NCBI GenBank assembly: GCA_036679645.1
Contig: JAZDCY010000016.1
Span: 97,615 to 161,614, forward strand
Reading direction: 5' to 3'
Source: Gemmatimonadota bacterium
GTDB lineage: Bacteria > Gemmatimonadota > Gemmatimonadetes > Gemmatimonadales > GWC2-71-9
Length of the DNA: 64,000 nucleotides
Shown here: piece by piece, positions 9,428 to 18,912 of the stretch
Layout of the letters: each line of letters opens with the position of its first letter
Position numbering within the stretch: the stretch's first letter is position 1
Made by a program: the position numbers and the translations under genes
Notes under the pieces: generated by a model
What the model was told of the DNA's origin: nothing
Seen by the model: only the letters and a program-made list of their open reading frames with translations
Databases searched by the model: none

Positions 9428-10572
9428 CTGGACGACTGTTTGTCTTCGCGCTGCTCGCGTTCGCGAGCACGACAGCTGCGCTCGAGGCGCAGGGAGTCCA
9501 TCAAGTCGTCGCGGCAGCTCGGTACGAGAGCTACTCGTTCGACCCGGGTGGTGTTGGCTTTCGCGATGTCTCGGAGCTGACGATCCCGGTCGGTCTCAAT
9601 GCCAGCGTCGGGAACCGGATTACGGTCGCGCTATCGACGGGCTACGCGCGCATCGACGTCACGCTCATCGATGGAACAGAAACGTCGGTGTCGGGCGTGC
9701 TCGATACGGAGATCCGTATCGGGTACAGCATCGTCCCGGGCCGTCTCGTCTTCGTGGCTACTGGTGTGATTCCGACTGGCGTCGAGACGGTCGAGTTGAG
9801 CCAGGTGTCGGCCCTCGGCGCCTTGGCGAGCGACGTAATCGGTTTTGCCGCTCCGGCACTCGGAACCGGCGGGGCGATTGGTGGGGGTCTGGTTGGCGGG
9901 GTGCCGATCGGACGCTGGGCGCTCGGCTTCGGTGCCACCTATAAGTATGCGCTCTCCTATGTCCCCTTGAGCGTGCAGCCTGACGCCGAACTCCGGATTG
10001 GTCCCGAGCTCAGAGTGCGCGGCGGGCTCGAGGGACCGCTTGGGCGGCACACCTATCTCCGGATGGCGGGCGTGTTTGCGACTCGAGGTAAGGATGAGTT
10101 TGCTGAGCAGACAACCGGCGGCGTTGGGGATCGCATCATCGGATATGTGGCTCTCAACCAAGGAATCGGCAACTCTCAATTGACCGTCTACGCTTTCGAC
10201 GTCTACCGCAACGGTCCGCGCCTCGAGCCCGGCTTTGCTGGATCCCTCCCCAAGGGGAATCTGTTCACGACAGGGCTCCGGTTCGACGTCGGGTTGGGGA
10301 GCACGACGCTCTCGCCGCGCGCCGAGTTTCGGGTATCGGAGGCGGCACCGAGGGTATCGGGGACGACGGCATCGACCAGTGCAAAGAGCATCCGAGCGGG
10401 TTCGGCCGTCCGGATCGGGGTCGATCTGAAGCAGGTGCTCTCGCCCCGGTTGACGCTGCTGCTGCAGGCTGACGGCGTCAAGGGCGACGTGCGTGACGTT
10501 GTTGGCGGCTTCACGGACTTTTCGGACTTCGATGGCTTCCGGTTCGGCTTTTTCCTGACGGTATCACCCTAG
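9424..10572 (+). CDS. Putative outer-membrane beta-barrel protein
   Basis: Signal peptide; alternating amphipathic beta-strands; C-terminal FRFGFFLTVSP; ATGA overlap with the upstream gene. Confidence 0.7.
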   Translation: MTGRLFVFALLAFASTTAALEAQGVHQVVAAARYESYSFDPGGVGFRDVSELTIPVGLNASVGNRITVALSTGYARIDVTLIDGTETSVSGVLDTEIRIGYSIVPGRLVFVATGVIPTGVETVELSQVSALGALASDVIGFAAPALGTGGAIGGGLVGGVPIGRWALGFGATYKYALSYVPLSVQPDAELRIGPELRVRGGLEGPLGRHTYLRMAGVFATRGKDEFAEQTTGGVGDRIIGYVALNQGIGNSQLTVYAFDVYRNGPRLEPGFAGSLPKGNLFTTGLRFDVGLGSTTLSPRAEFRVSEAAPRVSGTTASTSAKSIRAGSAVRIGVDLKQVLSPRLTLLLQADGVKGDVRDVVGGFTDFSDFDGFRFGFFLTVSP

Positions 10573-10590
10573 GATTCGGGATGCCCGGGT

Positions 10591-10633
10591 ACAAGCGCCC
10601 CGCTCGCCAGGCGAGCGGGGCGCTTGTCTTTGT
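10591..10633 (+). terminator. Strong hairpin terminator
   Basis: acaagcgccccgctcgcc-a-ggcgagcggggcgcttgt inverted repeat followed by ctttgt. Confidence 0.75.
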
Positions 10634-10755
10634 GTCCGGCGGGTCGCTCGCGTTTGCGAAGGGTTTCTGTCATCTTTTGCGGTCACTCACCGGCCCCGGG
10701 GGTAGCTGACAATGACTGTGATCGCAACCTTTGATCTCACCAAGCGCTAGCGCGC

Positions 10756-13113
10756 GTGGCAAAGTTTCTCGAGCGATTGCGCACGGCGTTCACCGACTTC
10801 GCGATGGGATGGCGAGATTCGGGAGAGCACGACACGCTTCCCGATACGGCGGAAGCGTCGTCCCTTCCACCGGATCTCCTACGCGAGCTTCGCCAGGCGG
10901 TGGCGGAGAAGTACGAGGTCGAGCAGGAGATCGGTAGCGGGGGAATGGCGCTCGTCTTTCGTGCGCGAGACATCAAGCACGATCGTCCGGTCGCCCTGAA
11001 GGTGTTGCGTCCCGAACTCGCGTCTCGCGTTGGCAGGGAGCGTTTCCTGCGTGAGATCCAAACGGCGGCAAAACTCACCCACCCTCATATCCTGCCACTG
11101 CACGATTCCGGCGTGTCAGGCTCCCTGCTGTACTACGTGATGCCATTTGTCGCCGGCGCGTCGCTGCGCGAGCGTCTCGAGCGCGAGGGACGGTTGGGAG
11201 TCGCAGAGGTCATGGAGATAGGCCGGGCTGTTGCGGGCGCTCTGGATTTTGCGCACCGGAACGGCGTCGTTCACCGGGACATCAAGCCCGAGAACATCAT
11301 GATGCACGATGGTGCCCCGTTGGTGACGGACTTCGGAATTGGGAAAGCGGTGAGCGACGCGGGAGGCCAGCAGCTCACGCAAACGGGCACGGCGATGGGC
11401 ACGCCTGCGTACATGAGTCCCGAGCAGATGTACGGGGAGGAAACGCTCGACGGGCGGAGCGACATCTACAGCCTTGGCCTCGTGCTACTCGAGATGCTCA
11501 CTGGAAGTCGACGCTTCACCGGTCCGTCCGCCCAAGCGATTCTGGCACGCCGTGCGGCCAATCCCAATCCCGAGATCGAGTTTCCCGACGGTGTCCCCGA
11601 CCCGATTCGTCACAGCTTGCGGAGTGCAATGGCGGAACGACCGGAAGATCGACCCAGGACCGGGGCGGAATTCGCGGCCGAGTTAGTCGGGGCAGCTCGG
11701 GGAACGCTCGCCACACCCGCAACGCCACAGCCATTGCCGACGGCACCGCCGTCCATTGCCGTGCTCCCGTTTCAGAACATGAGTGGCGACGACGGCAACG
11801 AGTACTTCTCAGATGGCGTGACCGAAGAGATCATCAATGCGCTGACCCAGCTCGAGGGCTTACATGTGGCCGCGCGGACCTCGTCGTTCTCGTTCAAGGG
11901 ACAGACACTCGACGTCAAGGAGGTGGGTCGCCGTCTGAACGTCGGTACGGTGCTCGAGGGCAGCGTGCGGCAGGCGGGCAATCGGCTCCGGGTCACCGCG
12001 CAGCTGATCAACGTCGCCGATGGCTACCACCTGTGGTCCGAACGGTACGATCGAGAATTGGATGACGTCTTTGCCGTCCAAGACGAGATTGCCGGAGCGA
12101 TTGCGAAGCGGCTGAGCGTGACGCTCGGTACCGGGCCCGCGCGCGCCATTCCGCGCCGTGCGACGGCGAACCTCGACGCATACCGCCTGTATCTCAAGGG
12201 TCGCCATCAGTGGAACACGCGGAGTGAAGATGGTCTGGCGCAGGCATGTCGCCTGTTCAGCGAAGCGATCGAGCTCGATCCCGAGTATGCCCCGGCCTAT
12301 TCCGGGCTCGCGGACACGTACCTGCTGCTGGGTTCGTACGGGTTTGTGCCGCGCGCGGAAGCGAGTGCCAAGGCGCGAGAGGCGGCGGAGAAGGCGCTCG
12401 AGTTCGACGAAGGACTCGCCGAAGCCCACGCATCCCTCGGGCAGGCATATCGACACGAGCGCCGTTGGGTAGAGGAGGAGCGCGAGTACCGGCGGGCAAT
12501 TCAGCTCAATCCGGGCTACGCGACGGCGCACCAATGGTACGCGACGCTGCTGGCAGCCCTTGGGCGAATGGACGAGGCCATCATCGAGGTACGACGTGCC
12601 GAAGAGTTGGACCCGCTGTCCCACGCGATAAGCATAACGGTCGCTAACGTGCTGTACCTCGCAGGCGATCTCGACGGTGCCGACAAGCAGGTTCAGAAAA
12701 CTCGCGAGCTCAAGCCCGACTTCTTCAGCGCGATCGCCTGGGCGGCGGCCGTCGCCGCCGAACGGGGCCGATTCGAGGAAGCGACTCGTCTCCACGAACA
12801 GGTCGCGGAGATGTGGGGTCACCAGAACGGCAATGTGCTGGTCCAGCGCGCGGTGCTGCAGATCTACCAGGGCGATTGGGATACCGCGGAGGTGACTCTA
12901 GGGGAAGCGGTGGCAGCCGATGCGGACCCGGGGTTCGTCGCATATGCGCTGGTGGCTCGTGGGGACTTTGATGAAGCGTTTCAACACCTCGAGTTGGGTG
13001 TGCGCCAGGGTTCATGGTGGACGTTCTATTTGAAGGTGCACCCGGCGTTCCAGCCCCTGCAAAACGATCCACGCTTTCACCGCCTGATCGAGGAGCTGGG
13101 ACTCAGCGACTAA
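10756..13113 (+). CDS. Ser/Thr protein kinase with TolB-like and TPR domains (no obvious TM helix)
   Basis: IGSGGMA, VALK, HRDIKPEN, TDFG, GTPAYMSPE; SIAVLPFQNMS...YFSDG; TPRs. Start uncertain (alternative ATG 10804). Confidence 0.93.
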   Translation: MAKFLERLRTAFTDFAMGWRDSGEHDTLPDTAEASSLPPDLLRELRQAVAEKYEVEQEIGSGGMALVFRARDIKHDRPVALKVLRPELASRVGRERFLREIQTAAKLTHPHILPLHDSGVSGSLLYYVMPFVAGASLRERLEREGRLGVAEVMEIGRAVAGALDFAHRNGVVHRDIKPENIMMHDGAPLVTDFGIGKAVSDAGGQQLTQTGTAMGTPAYMSPEQMYGEETLDGRSDIYSLGLVLLEMLTGSRRFTGPSAQAILARRAANPNPEIEFPDGVPDPIRHSLRSAMAERPEDRPRTGAEFAAELVGAARGTLATPATPQPLPTAPPSIAVLPFQNMSGDDGNEYFSDGVTEEIINALTQLEGLHVAARTSSFSFKGQTLDVKEVGRRLNVGTVLEGSVRQAGNRLRVTAQLINVADGYHLWSERYDRELDDVFAVQDEIAGAIAKRLSVTLGTGPARAIPRRATANLDAYRLYLKGRHQWNTRSEDGLAQACRLFSEAIELDPEYAPAYSGLADTYLLLGSYGFVPRAEASAKAREAAEKALEFDEGLAEAHASLGQAYRHERRWVEEEREYRRAIQLNPGYATAHQWYATLLAALGRMDEAIIEVRRAEELDPLSHAISITVANVLYLAGDLDGADKQVQKTRELKPDFFSAIAWAAAVAAERGRFEEATRLHEQVAEMWGHQNGNVLVQRAVLQIYQGDWDTAEVTLGEAVAADADPGFVAYALVARGDFDEAFQHLELGVRQGSWWTFYLKVHPAFQPLQNDPRFHRLIEELGLSD

Positions 13114-13142
13114 ACCCATCCGCCTCCAGCCCCGTCATCCCA

Positions 13143-13409
13143 ATGGATGGGAGCGAGCACATTTTCCGACGCCTGGTGGACGCGTACTCGCCACGGCTCC
13201 TGGCAGTGATTCGCCCGTTTGCCGCCGACACCGATGACGCGCACGACCTGCTCCAGGAGACGTGGCGTCGCGCGTACGTGAAGCGGCGCACCTTCAGCGG
13301 CACAGGTTCGCTCCTCGGGTGGCTCTATGCTGTCTGCCGGAGCGTGTGCCTGTCGGACGTGCGGGTACGCTCCGCACGGGCCGCCGGGGGAGCCATGTCG
13401 CCCGCCTAG
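13143..13409 (+). pseudogene. Truncated ECF sigma factor (region 2 only)
   Basis: FRRLVDAYSPRL...DAHDLLQETWRRAY...FSGTGSLLGWLYAVCRSVCLS matches the sigma70 region 2 pattern; stop at 13409 and no region 4 HTH recognisable downstream. Confidence 0.7.
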
Positions 13410-13539
13410 TCACGGCACCACACCCCCATCAGGTGCTCTTGAGCGCAGCCCAGCCGCGGTGCATTCTTGAGGCTCATCGCGCGGTACGCCGCTTTCGGGT
13501 CGCTTCGACCCATGTCCCGTTCCAATCACGAGATCCCGC

Positions 13540-14793
13540 ATGGACGAATCGACCGCCCTGATCACCAATGACGCCGCGGTCCTGGGCCTCCTCGCCATCA
13601 CACTCGGCGCCATCTTCTACACCGCACACAGCGACCACCACTTCTGGAAGAAGTTCTACAAGTACGTTCCGATCATCCTGGTCTGCTACTTCATCCCTTC
13701 CCTGTACAACACCTTCGGCATCGTCGATGCGGAACAGTCACGACTCTACTTCGTCGCCTCACGATACCTGTTGCCGGCTATACTGGTCCTGCTGACGCTC
13801 AGCATCGACCTACAGGCGATTCTGCGACTCGGTCCCAAGGCGTTGATCATGTTCTTCACGGGGACGTTTGGGATCATCGTCGGCGGCCCGCTGGCGATTC
13901 TGATCTTCTCGGTCATCAATCCCGACGTCGTGGGCGGCGCCGGGCCCGATGCCGTGTGGCGCGGTCTCACCACCGTGGCCGGGAGCTGGATTGGCGGCAG
14001 CGCTAACCAGGCAGCCATGAAAGAGGTCTTCGACGTCGGCGACGACATGTTCTCCACGATGATCGCGGTGGATGTGCTCGTCGCGAACGTCTGGATGGCC
14101 GTGTTGCTGTTCATGGCGGGAAGGTCCGAGCAGATGGATGCCCGTGCCGGGGCCGACCGGACTGCGCTAGTGGATCTACAACGGCGGGTCGCCGAGTTCC
14201 AGGAACGCGTTGCCAAGGTAACGAGCCTGAAGGATCTCATGTTGATTATCGGGTTCGGCTTCGGCGTGACGGGCATCGCGCACGTCCTCGCCGATATCGT
14301 CGCACCCTGGATTGCCCGCACCGCTCCGGGCCTCGAGCGGCTCTCTCTCACGAGCGGGTTCTTCTGGCTGGTTGTGTTTGCCACGACCGGCGGGCTGCTC
14401 CTTTCCTTCACGAAAGCGCGCGAGCTGGAGGGGGCCGGGGCGTCGAAGGTGGGATCGGCTATGCTCTACATCCTGATCGCGACCATCGGGATGGGCATGG
14501 ACATCGGCTCAGTCGTCGATCGACCTGGTCTGTTTGCCGTCGGGTTCGTTTGGATCGGGTTCCACGCGGTGCTGCTCCTCGTGGTCGCCCGACTTATTAA
14601 GGCGCCCGTGTTCTACATGGCGGTGGGTAGCCAGGCCAATGTCGGCGGCGCGGCCTCCGCTCCCGTAGTGGCGTCGGCGTTCCATCCCACGCTCGCTCCA
14701 GTGGGGGTCCTGCTCGCGGTGCTGGGCTATGCGATTGGGACCTACGGCGCATGGGTGTGTGGGCAGTTGATGCGGGTGGTGGCGCCGGGGTAG
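13540..14793 (+). CDS. DUF819 family membrane protein (putative transporter)
   Basis: Many TM helices; GSWIGGSANQAAM and GSQANVGGAASAPVVASAFHP motifs. Confidence 0.85.
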   Translation: MDESTALITNDAAVLGLLAITLGAIFYTAHSDHHFWKKFYKYVPIILVCYFIPSLYNTFGIVDAEQSRLYFVASRYLLPAILVLLTLSIDLQAILRLGPKALIMFFTGTFGIIVGGPLAILIFSVINPDVVGGAGPDAVWRGLTTVAGSWIGGSANQAAMKEVFDVGDDMFSTMIAVDVLVANVWMAVLLFMAGRSEQMDARAGADRTALVDLQRRVAEFQERVAKVTSLKDLMLIIGFGFGVTGIAHVLADIVAPWIARTAPGLERLSLTSGFFWLVVFATTGGLLLSFTKARELEGAGASKVGSAMLYILIATIGMGMDIGSVVDRPGLFAVGFVWIGFHAVLLLVVARLIKAPVFYMAVGSQANVGGAASAPVVASAFHPTLAPVGVLLAVLGYAIGTYGAWVCGQLMRVVAPG

Positions 14794-14799
14794 CAGGAC

Positions 14800-14844
14800 G
14801 TAAAATGTCCAATGCCGAAAACATTGGACATTCTACATTTGACG
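14800..14844. terminator. Heptamer-built hairpin between convergent genes (possible bidirectional terminator)
   Basis: gtaaaatgtccaatg / cattggacattctac, 15-bp arms with 1 mismatch, plus an extra catttga unit. Confidence 0.55.
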
Positions 14845-14893
14845 TGGACTCGCGCGGCGCGCCCCGCGAGGAGCGGCGTGGGAAGCTCTGCCG

Positions 14894-16474
14894 TCAGGCC
14901 GTCTTGACCGCTCCCGCCCGTGGGGCAATGGACACGAGCCCGCCATTGGCGTTCTCCGCCTTGAGGTACCCGTAAGCGTCGTGTTGCAAGGCGCCCTCCG
15001 GCAGCCACTCCCAGAGTGTGCCAAGATCCCGTTTGATTTTCTCTCGGAAGAACGTCGGCAAAACCTCGGTCTCGCCATCGACATACCGGCGGAACTCGCG
15101 ATCGGTGTCGAGCATCTGGCGGTAACGTGTGAAGTACTTGATCCGTCCAAAGCCTTCCGACGACACAGCTCGCACTACGTTCATCCAGCGCGGGATATTA
15201 CCCCTCGAGGCGAGGAACCGGCGCCAGATCATCGGCCAGGAAAAAGCGTATTTCGACAGGCTGATCACGTTATCGTAGAACTCGGGCCACTCGTAGTTGG
15301 CCGGCTTTACGTTCATCGCGTGGTTGTTGTTCAGAAAATGGAAGGGGAACGGGAGCAGGCGCCCCTTCTTCTGGTATTCGAGGTTGAGCGGGGCCGCGCG
15401 CCCAAACGCAGACAGCAGTGAGAACGCCGGAAAGGACACGGGCGACAGGTCGAGGAACATCTTCGTCAGCTCGAACGGCTCCGGCCCTGCGTCCGAATCG
15501 AGCCCCATCACGAAGTTGGTCTGGATGTACGGGATGTACTGGTTGATGAGGTTGATGTGGTCGGCTATGTGTCTGACCTTTTCCTCCCCCTGCTTCTTGC
15601 CGGTTCTCGACTTGTTGCCAAGGTCGTACCACGACTCGATCCCGGGCAGAATGGCTTGGAATCCGTTCCGCTGCAGGCGTTGCAGATGAGGTTCGCTCAG
15701 CAGCGAGAGGCTGCTCTCCGCAACGAAGCGAATCCCGCCTTTGGGAAGGGCATCCTCGATCGCATCCATGCATTCGTTGAACCGGATACCGAAGTTTGGG
15801 TCGTGCCACCCCACGATCGGCCGCTTGTACTTCGTCAGGAGAAAGCGGAGATCTCCCTTCATCACGTCGTAATCCAGCGGCTGATACGGAACGGTGGAGT
15901 CGATGCAGAAGCTGCAGGTATAGGGGCAGCCGAGGCTCGCCATCATTGGCACCATCTTGAATGTCGGCGCCTTGGCGAGCGTCTGCTCGATGAACTTCCA
16001 ACGTTCCCGGACCCCCGGAAGATCGTTTGGCTGTTGGTCGGCGGCGAGGGACACGCCCATGGGACGGTGCTGCTCGCAGTCCTGGAGCACGTCGCGGATG
16101 ATCTCCCGGTTCGTGAAGCCCAGGACGTAGTCGAAATACTTCTGCGCGTCCTCCGGATAGCACCGCGCATGCGGGCCCCCGAGGACGGTCACCGCGCCAC
16201 GGGACCGGCAGAGCGCGCTCAGCGAGTAGGAGAGTTGTGCCGCCTGCGTGAACGCCCCGATGAACACGAGGTCGCATTTGTCGGGGAGCTCTTCTGCGAT
16301 GTCTTCGAATCCGGTATAGCACACGAAAGTGACGTCATGCCCCTCCTGTTCGCACCATCCCGCAACGACCTGCGGCATGATGCTGGCAAGGTTGGCATTC
16401 ATCACTCGTCCGTACATCCCCTTGGATGGTCCTTTTGTGACGAGATCGATGACGCCGATCTGGAGTTTGCGCAC
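14894..16474 (-). CDS. B12-binding-domain radical SAM protein
   Basis: CPYTCSFC (CxxxCxxC); N-terminal cobalamin-binding-like region (VLGGPHA); substrate unknown. Confidence 0.88.
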   Translation of the reverse strand: MRKLQIGVIDLVTKGPSKGMYGRVMNANLASIMPQVVAGWCEQEGHDVTFVCYTGFEDIAEELPDKCDLVFIGAFTQAAQLSYSLSALCRSRGAVTVLGGPHARCYPEDAQKYFDYVLGFTNREIIRDVLQDCEQHRPMGVSLAADQQPNDLPGVRERWKFIEQTLAKAPTFKMVPMMASLGCPYTCSFCIDSTVPYQPLDYDVMKGDLRFLLTKYKRPIVGWHDPNFGIRFNECMDAIEDALPKGGIRFVAESSLSLLSEPHLQRLQRNGFQAILPGIESWYDLGNKSRTGKKQGEEKVRHIADHINLINQYIPYIQTNFVMGLDSDAGPEPFELTKMFLDLSPVSFPAFSLLSAFGRAAPLNLEYQKKGRLLPFPFHFLNNNHAMNVKPANYEWPEFYDNVISLSKYAFSWPMIWRRFLASRGNIPRWMNVVRAVSSEGFGRIKYFTRYRQMLDTDREFRRYVDGETEVLPTFFREKIKRDLGTLWEWLPEGALQHDAYGYLKAENANGGLVSIAPRAGAVKTA

Positions 16475-16591
16475 GCAGGTGCCCCCAATGGTGTCGGGGT
16501 GAGAGAGCGATTTGCCGGGCAGAATCGTTGAGGCCGAGCGTTTCGGTCGTGACGAAGCGATCGGAAACGTTGGACATCAGAACGCCCCACG

Positions 16592-17905
16592 TCAAGGTGT
16601 AGCGGCGCCCGATACGGGGTTTTCGCCCGCACAACTGCGTTTGGCGGCCCGCGTCCACACGCGGACCTCGGCCGCAGCGGGCCGCCCGGACCCAGCCCGG
16701 TGGTAGGCGAGCCAGAGATCCGCCGGCTGCCATGTGGCGAGCGCGCAGACCGATCGGATCCCCAGAGCGTCCAGACGACGTGCGTGTCGTGTCCCGATGC
16801 CACGTAACGTTACCAGCCGTGCCGAGGCGATGGCGGACGCCGCGGTCGACCGGGCCAGCGCCGTCCGCGCCGCGAGGGTGGCGGCCGACATCCGGGCGAG
16901 ATCGCGGGGCGACGTGATCCCAGCGGCCTCAATCGCGGTGCTCGCGCCCCGCTCGGTCCCAGGAAGGTCTACGAGCCGAGGGGTCACCGAACTGATCGTG
17001 AATCGTTCCATGCCGAAAAGCACCACCACCGCGAAGAGGACGGCACACACGCCGGCCAGGGCCGTTCGTCGGGGCCGGAGCGCGACTGGTTCGGGGTCAT
17101 ACAGGGGCACGGCCACGCCGAGGGCGCAGAGGCCTGAGTACATTGACCAGGCCTCAAGGGCGAAGAATGGAAAGCCTAGAAAGCCAAGCGGCGGCATCTC
17201 GAATAGCTTGAGCTGCTCGAGCCACGGGACCGTGTAGATCCAGCTGCCGTCGGCCCCGTAGTTGTAGGTCTCCCACACGATGCCGATCGCGAGCCCTCCC
17301 ATCATCAGCCGCCCGATCCGTCCCCAGTCACCCCGCTCCATGTCGCCGATCAGCGAGAGATGCCGGGCGTGGCGATAGACGAACGGGTCCACGGCGAAGA
17401 AGACGGCGCCCCAGATGAGGGGGAAGAAGTGCTGCGGGGCTGCAAGTGCTAGGAGCGTAGCACCAAGTCCCACGAGGACCGAAACGCGAAGGCCACGTTG
17501 TCCCACGATCAGAGGCCGCACACGCCTGGAACGGAACAGGCCGGCGCCGTCGAGAACCCGCTGCGCGAGGAGGATGGCAGGGAGGACCGTGGCGAATGAC
17601 AGCAGGATGCCCGCCCATCGCTCCCACGCTCGGGCGGGCAGAAGCACGTAGTACCAGTTCTCCAGCCGGAAGTTGGCCGCCTCGAAGATGAGCCAGATGA
17701 CCGCCGACCAGGCAAGCGCCGAGATCCCGAAGCGTGGGTGCGCCAGCAGCGATGGGCGCCCGTCGATTCGGCAGGCCACCGCGTCGAGCAATACGAGGGT
17801 GGGATACCAGGCCAAGACGTAGAACCATGTCGGGGCCGGCTCCACGCGAAACCAGAGGAGGACCCAAGCCGATCCGATTGCCGCCATCGCGAGCCCGATG
17901 CGCAT
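16592..17905 (-). CDS. Multi-pass membrane protein with C-terminal helix-hairpin-helix (DUF4332-like) domain
   Basis: Many TM segments with WLIFEAANFRLENWYY and WETYNY..WIYTVP..KLFEMPPLGFLGFPFF; C-terminal LRGIGTRHARRLDALGI. Start set at ATG 17905. Confidence 0.72.
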   Translation of the reverse strand: MRIGLAMAAIGSAWVLLWFRVEPAPTWFYVLAWYPTLVLLDAVACRIDGRPSLLAHPRFGISALAWSAVIWLIFEAANFRLENWYYVLLPARAWERWAGILLSFATVLPAILLAQRVLDGAGLFRSRRVRPLIVGQRGLRVSVLVGLGATLLALAAPQHFFPLIWGAVFFAVDPFVYRHARHLSLIGDMERGDWGRIGRLMMGGLAIGIVWETYNYGADGSWIYTVPWLEQLKLFEMPPLGFLGFPFFALEAWSMYSGLCALGVAVPLYDPEPVALRPRRTALAGVCAVLFAVVVLFGMERFTISSVTPRLVDLPGTERGASTAIEAAGITSPRDLARMSAATLAARTALARSTAASAIASARLVTLRGIGTRHARRLDALGIRSVCALATWQPADLWLAYHRAGSGRPAAAEVRVWTRAAKRSCAGENPVSGAATP

Positions 17906-18084
17906 GCTCCAACGTACCCGCGGTGGTGGTGCCTGGTAGCCGGCGCGCGTACCGCCGCTGCCGTGGCGGCGCCCGCACCGTTTTGTGGCATATGTCACAT
18001 TTCGAGGCATGTCCCGATCACATTGACCGCGCTGGCTGAGCACGTAACCCGATGGGCTATGAGCAATTGCGCCATATCTCGTAG

Positions 18085-18101
18085 TTGGCATCGGACATGC
18101 T
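18085..18101 (+). promoter_or_regulatory. Putative sigma54 (-24/-12) promoter
   Basis: TTGGCATCGGACATGCT matches TGGCAC-N5-TTGCW spacing with the invariant GG and GC; about 50 nt upstream of the lipoprotein gene. Confidence 0.5.
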
Positions 18102-18153
18102 TTTTCCCCTCGACACGAAGTATCGAATCATCATTAGAGACACGGGAGGGAAG

Positions 18154-18588
18154 ATGGCATCACGGTTTATTTCCGTTGTGGGCGCGATAGTGCTCGCGGG
18201 CGGGTTGACGGCGTGTGGCGAGGGGTTGGGCCCCGCCGACGGTCCTCCTGTTCAGATGGCTCGTGGACCATCGAATGACTCGCGAGTCGAGATTGCGTTG
18301 GCGGGGACGGCCGATTTTCCGGAATCGGACGGCAAGGCTCGCTTCCGCGATCGTGGTGGCGAGCGCGAGCTCCAGATCGAGGTGGAAGACGCTCCCACAA
18401 ACGTTCAGGTCAGCTTCCTGGTAGGGGGCGATACGGTTGGGACCGCGACGACCAACGCGACGGGCGATGGGCGTCTCAACCTCAATACCGACCAAGGCGA
18501 CACGGTGCCGGCGAGCGTCGCCGGGCTCACGGTAAAGGTGCTGACTCCTCAAGGGACGGTGATCATTTCGGGCGCGTTCGGATCCTGA
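18154..18588 (+). CDS. Small lipoprotein of unknown function
   Basis: SD GGGAGG; lipobox LTAC; beta-rich mature part. Confidence 0.75.
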   Translation: MASRFISVVGAIVLAGGLTACGEGLGPADGPPVQMARGPSNDSRVEIALAGTADFPESDGKARFRDRGGERELQIEVEDAPTNVQVSFLVGGDTVGTATTNATGDGRLNLNTDQGDTVPASVAGLTVKVLTPQGTVIISGAFGS

Positions 18589-18662
18589 GGTTTATTAAGG
18601 GTCCGACCCGGTCTGCGCTCCGCCCTTGTGGAATCAGTGCCGGAGTTTTTCTTTTGACGCCC

Positions 18663-18802
18663 ATGTTCGAGCGATTCGGCGCGCGCGGGTATTCGTATTG
18701 GCGTCCCCCAACGGGGTCGCCGGCTTCCGCGTGTGCCTGAGCGTTACGAACCAGGCTGTTGCACGTAGCCGCTGACGACCCCGCTCGACGCGGGTTTTTT
18801 TT
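18663..18802 (+). promoter_or_regulatory. Candidate attenuator: 25-aa leader ORF, alternative hairpins and intrinsic terminator
   Basis: ORF 18663-18740 MFERFGARGYSYWRPPTGSPASACA; mutually exclusive pairings; cccgc-tcgac-gcggg followed by T8. Confidence 0.45.
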
Positions 18803-18912
18803 GTGAGGTACCGAGGGGGGGCGGGCGCTAGCTACGCGAACCGTCAACAGCCAGGAGTCCTCCTGCAGACGGCTTGCGCCGCGCCGGTCGTTCCTGTCGA
18901 TTAGGCGCCCTG

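Noticed and set aside
18700..18802. Hammerhead ribozyme or canonical fluoride riboswitch
   Set aside because: CTGACGA is followed by a stem but not GAAA, and the 5' part does not fit the GGCGATGG..TCGCC-AAAC consensus; kept only as an unclassified attenuator candidate.
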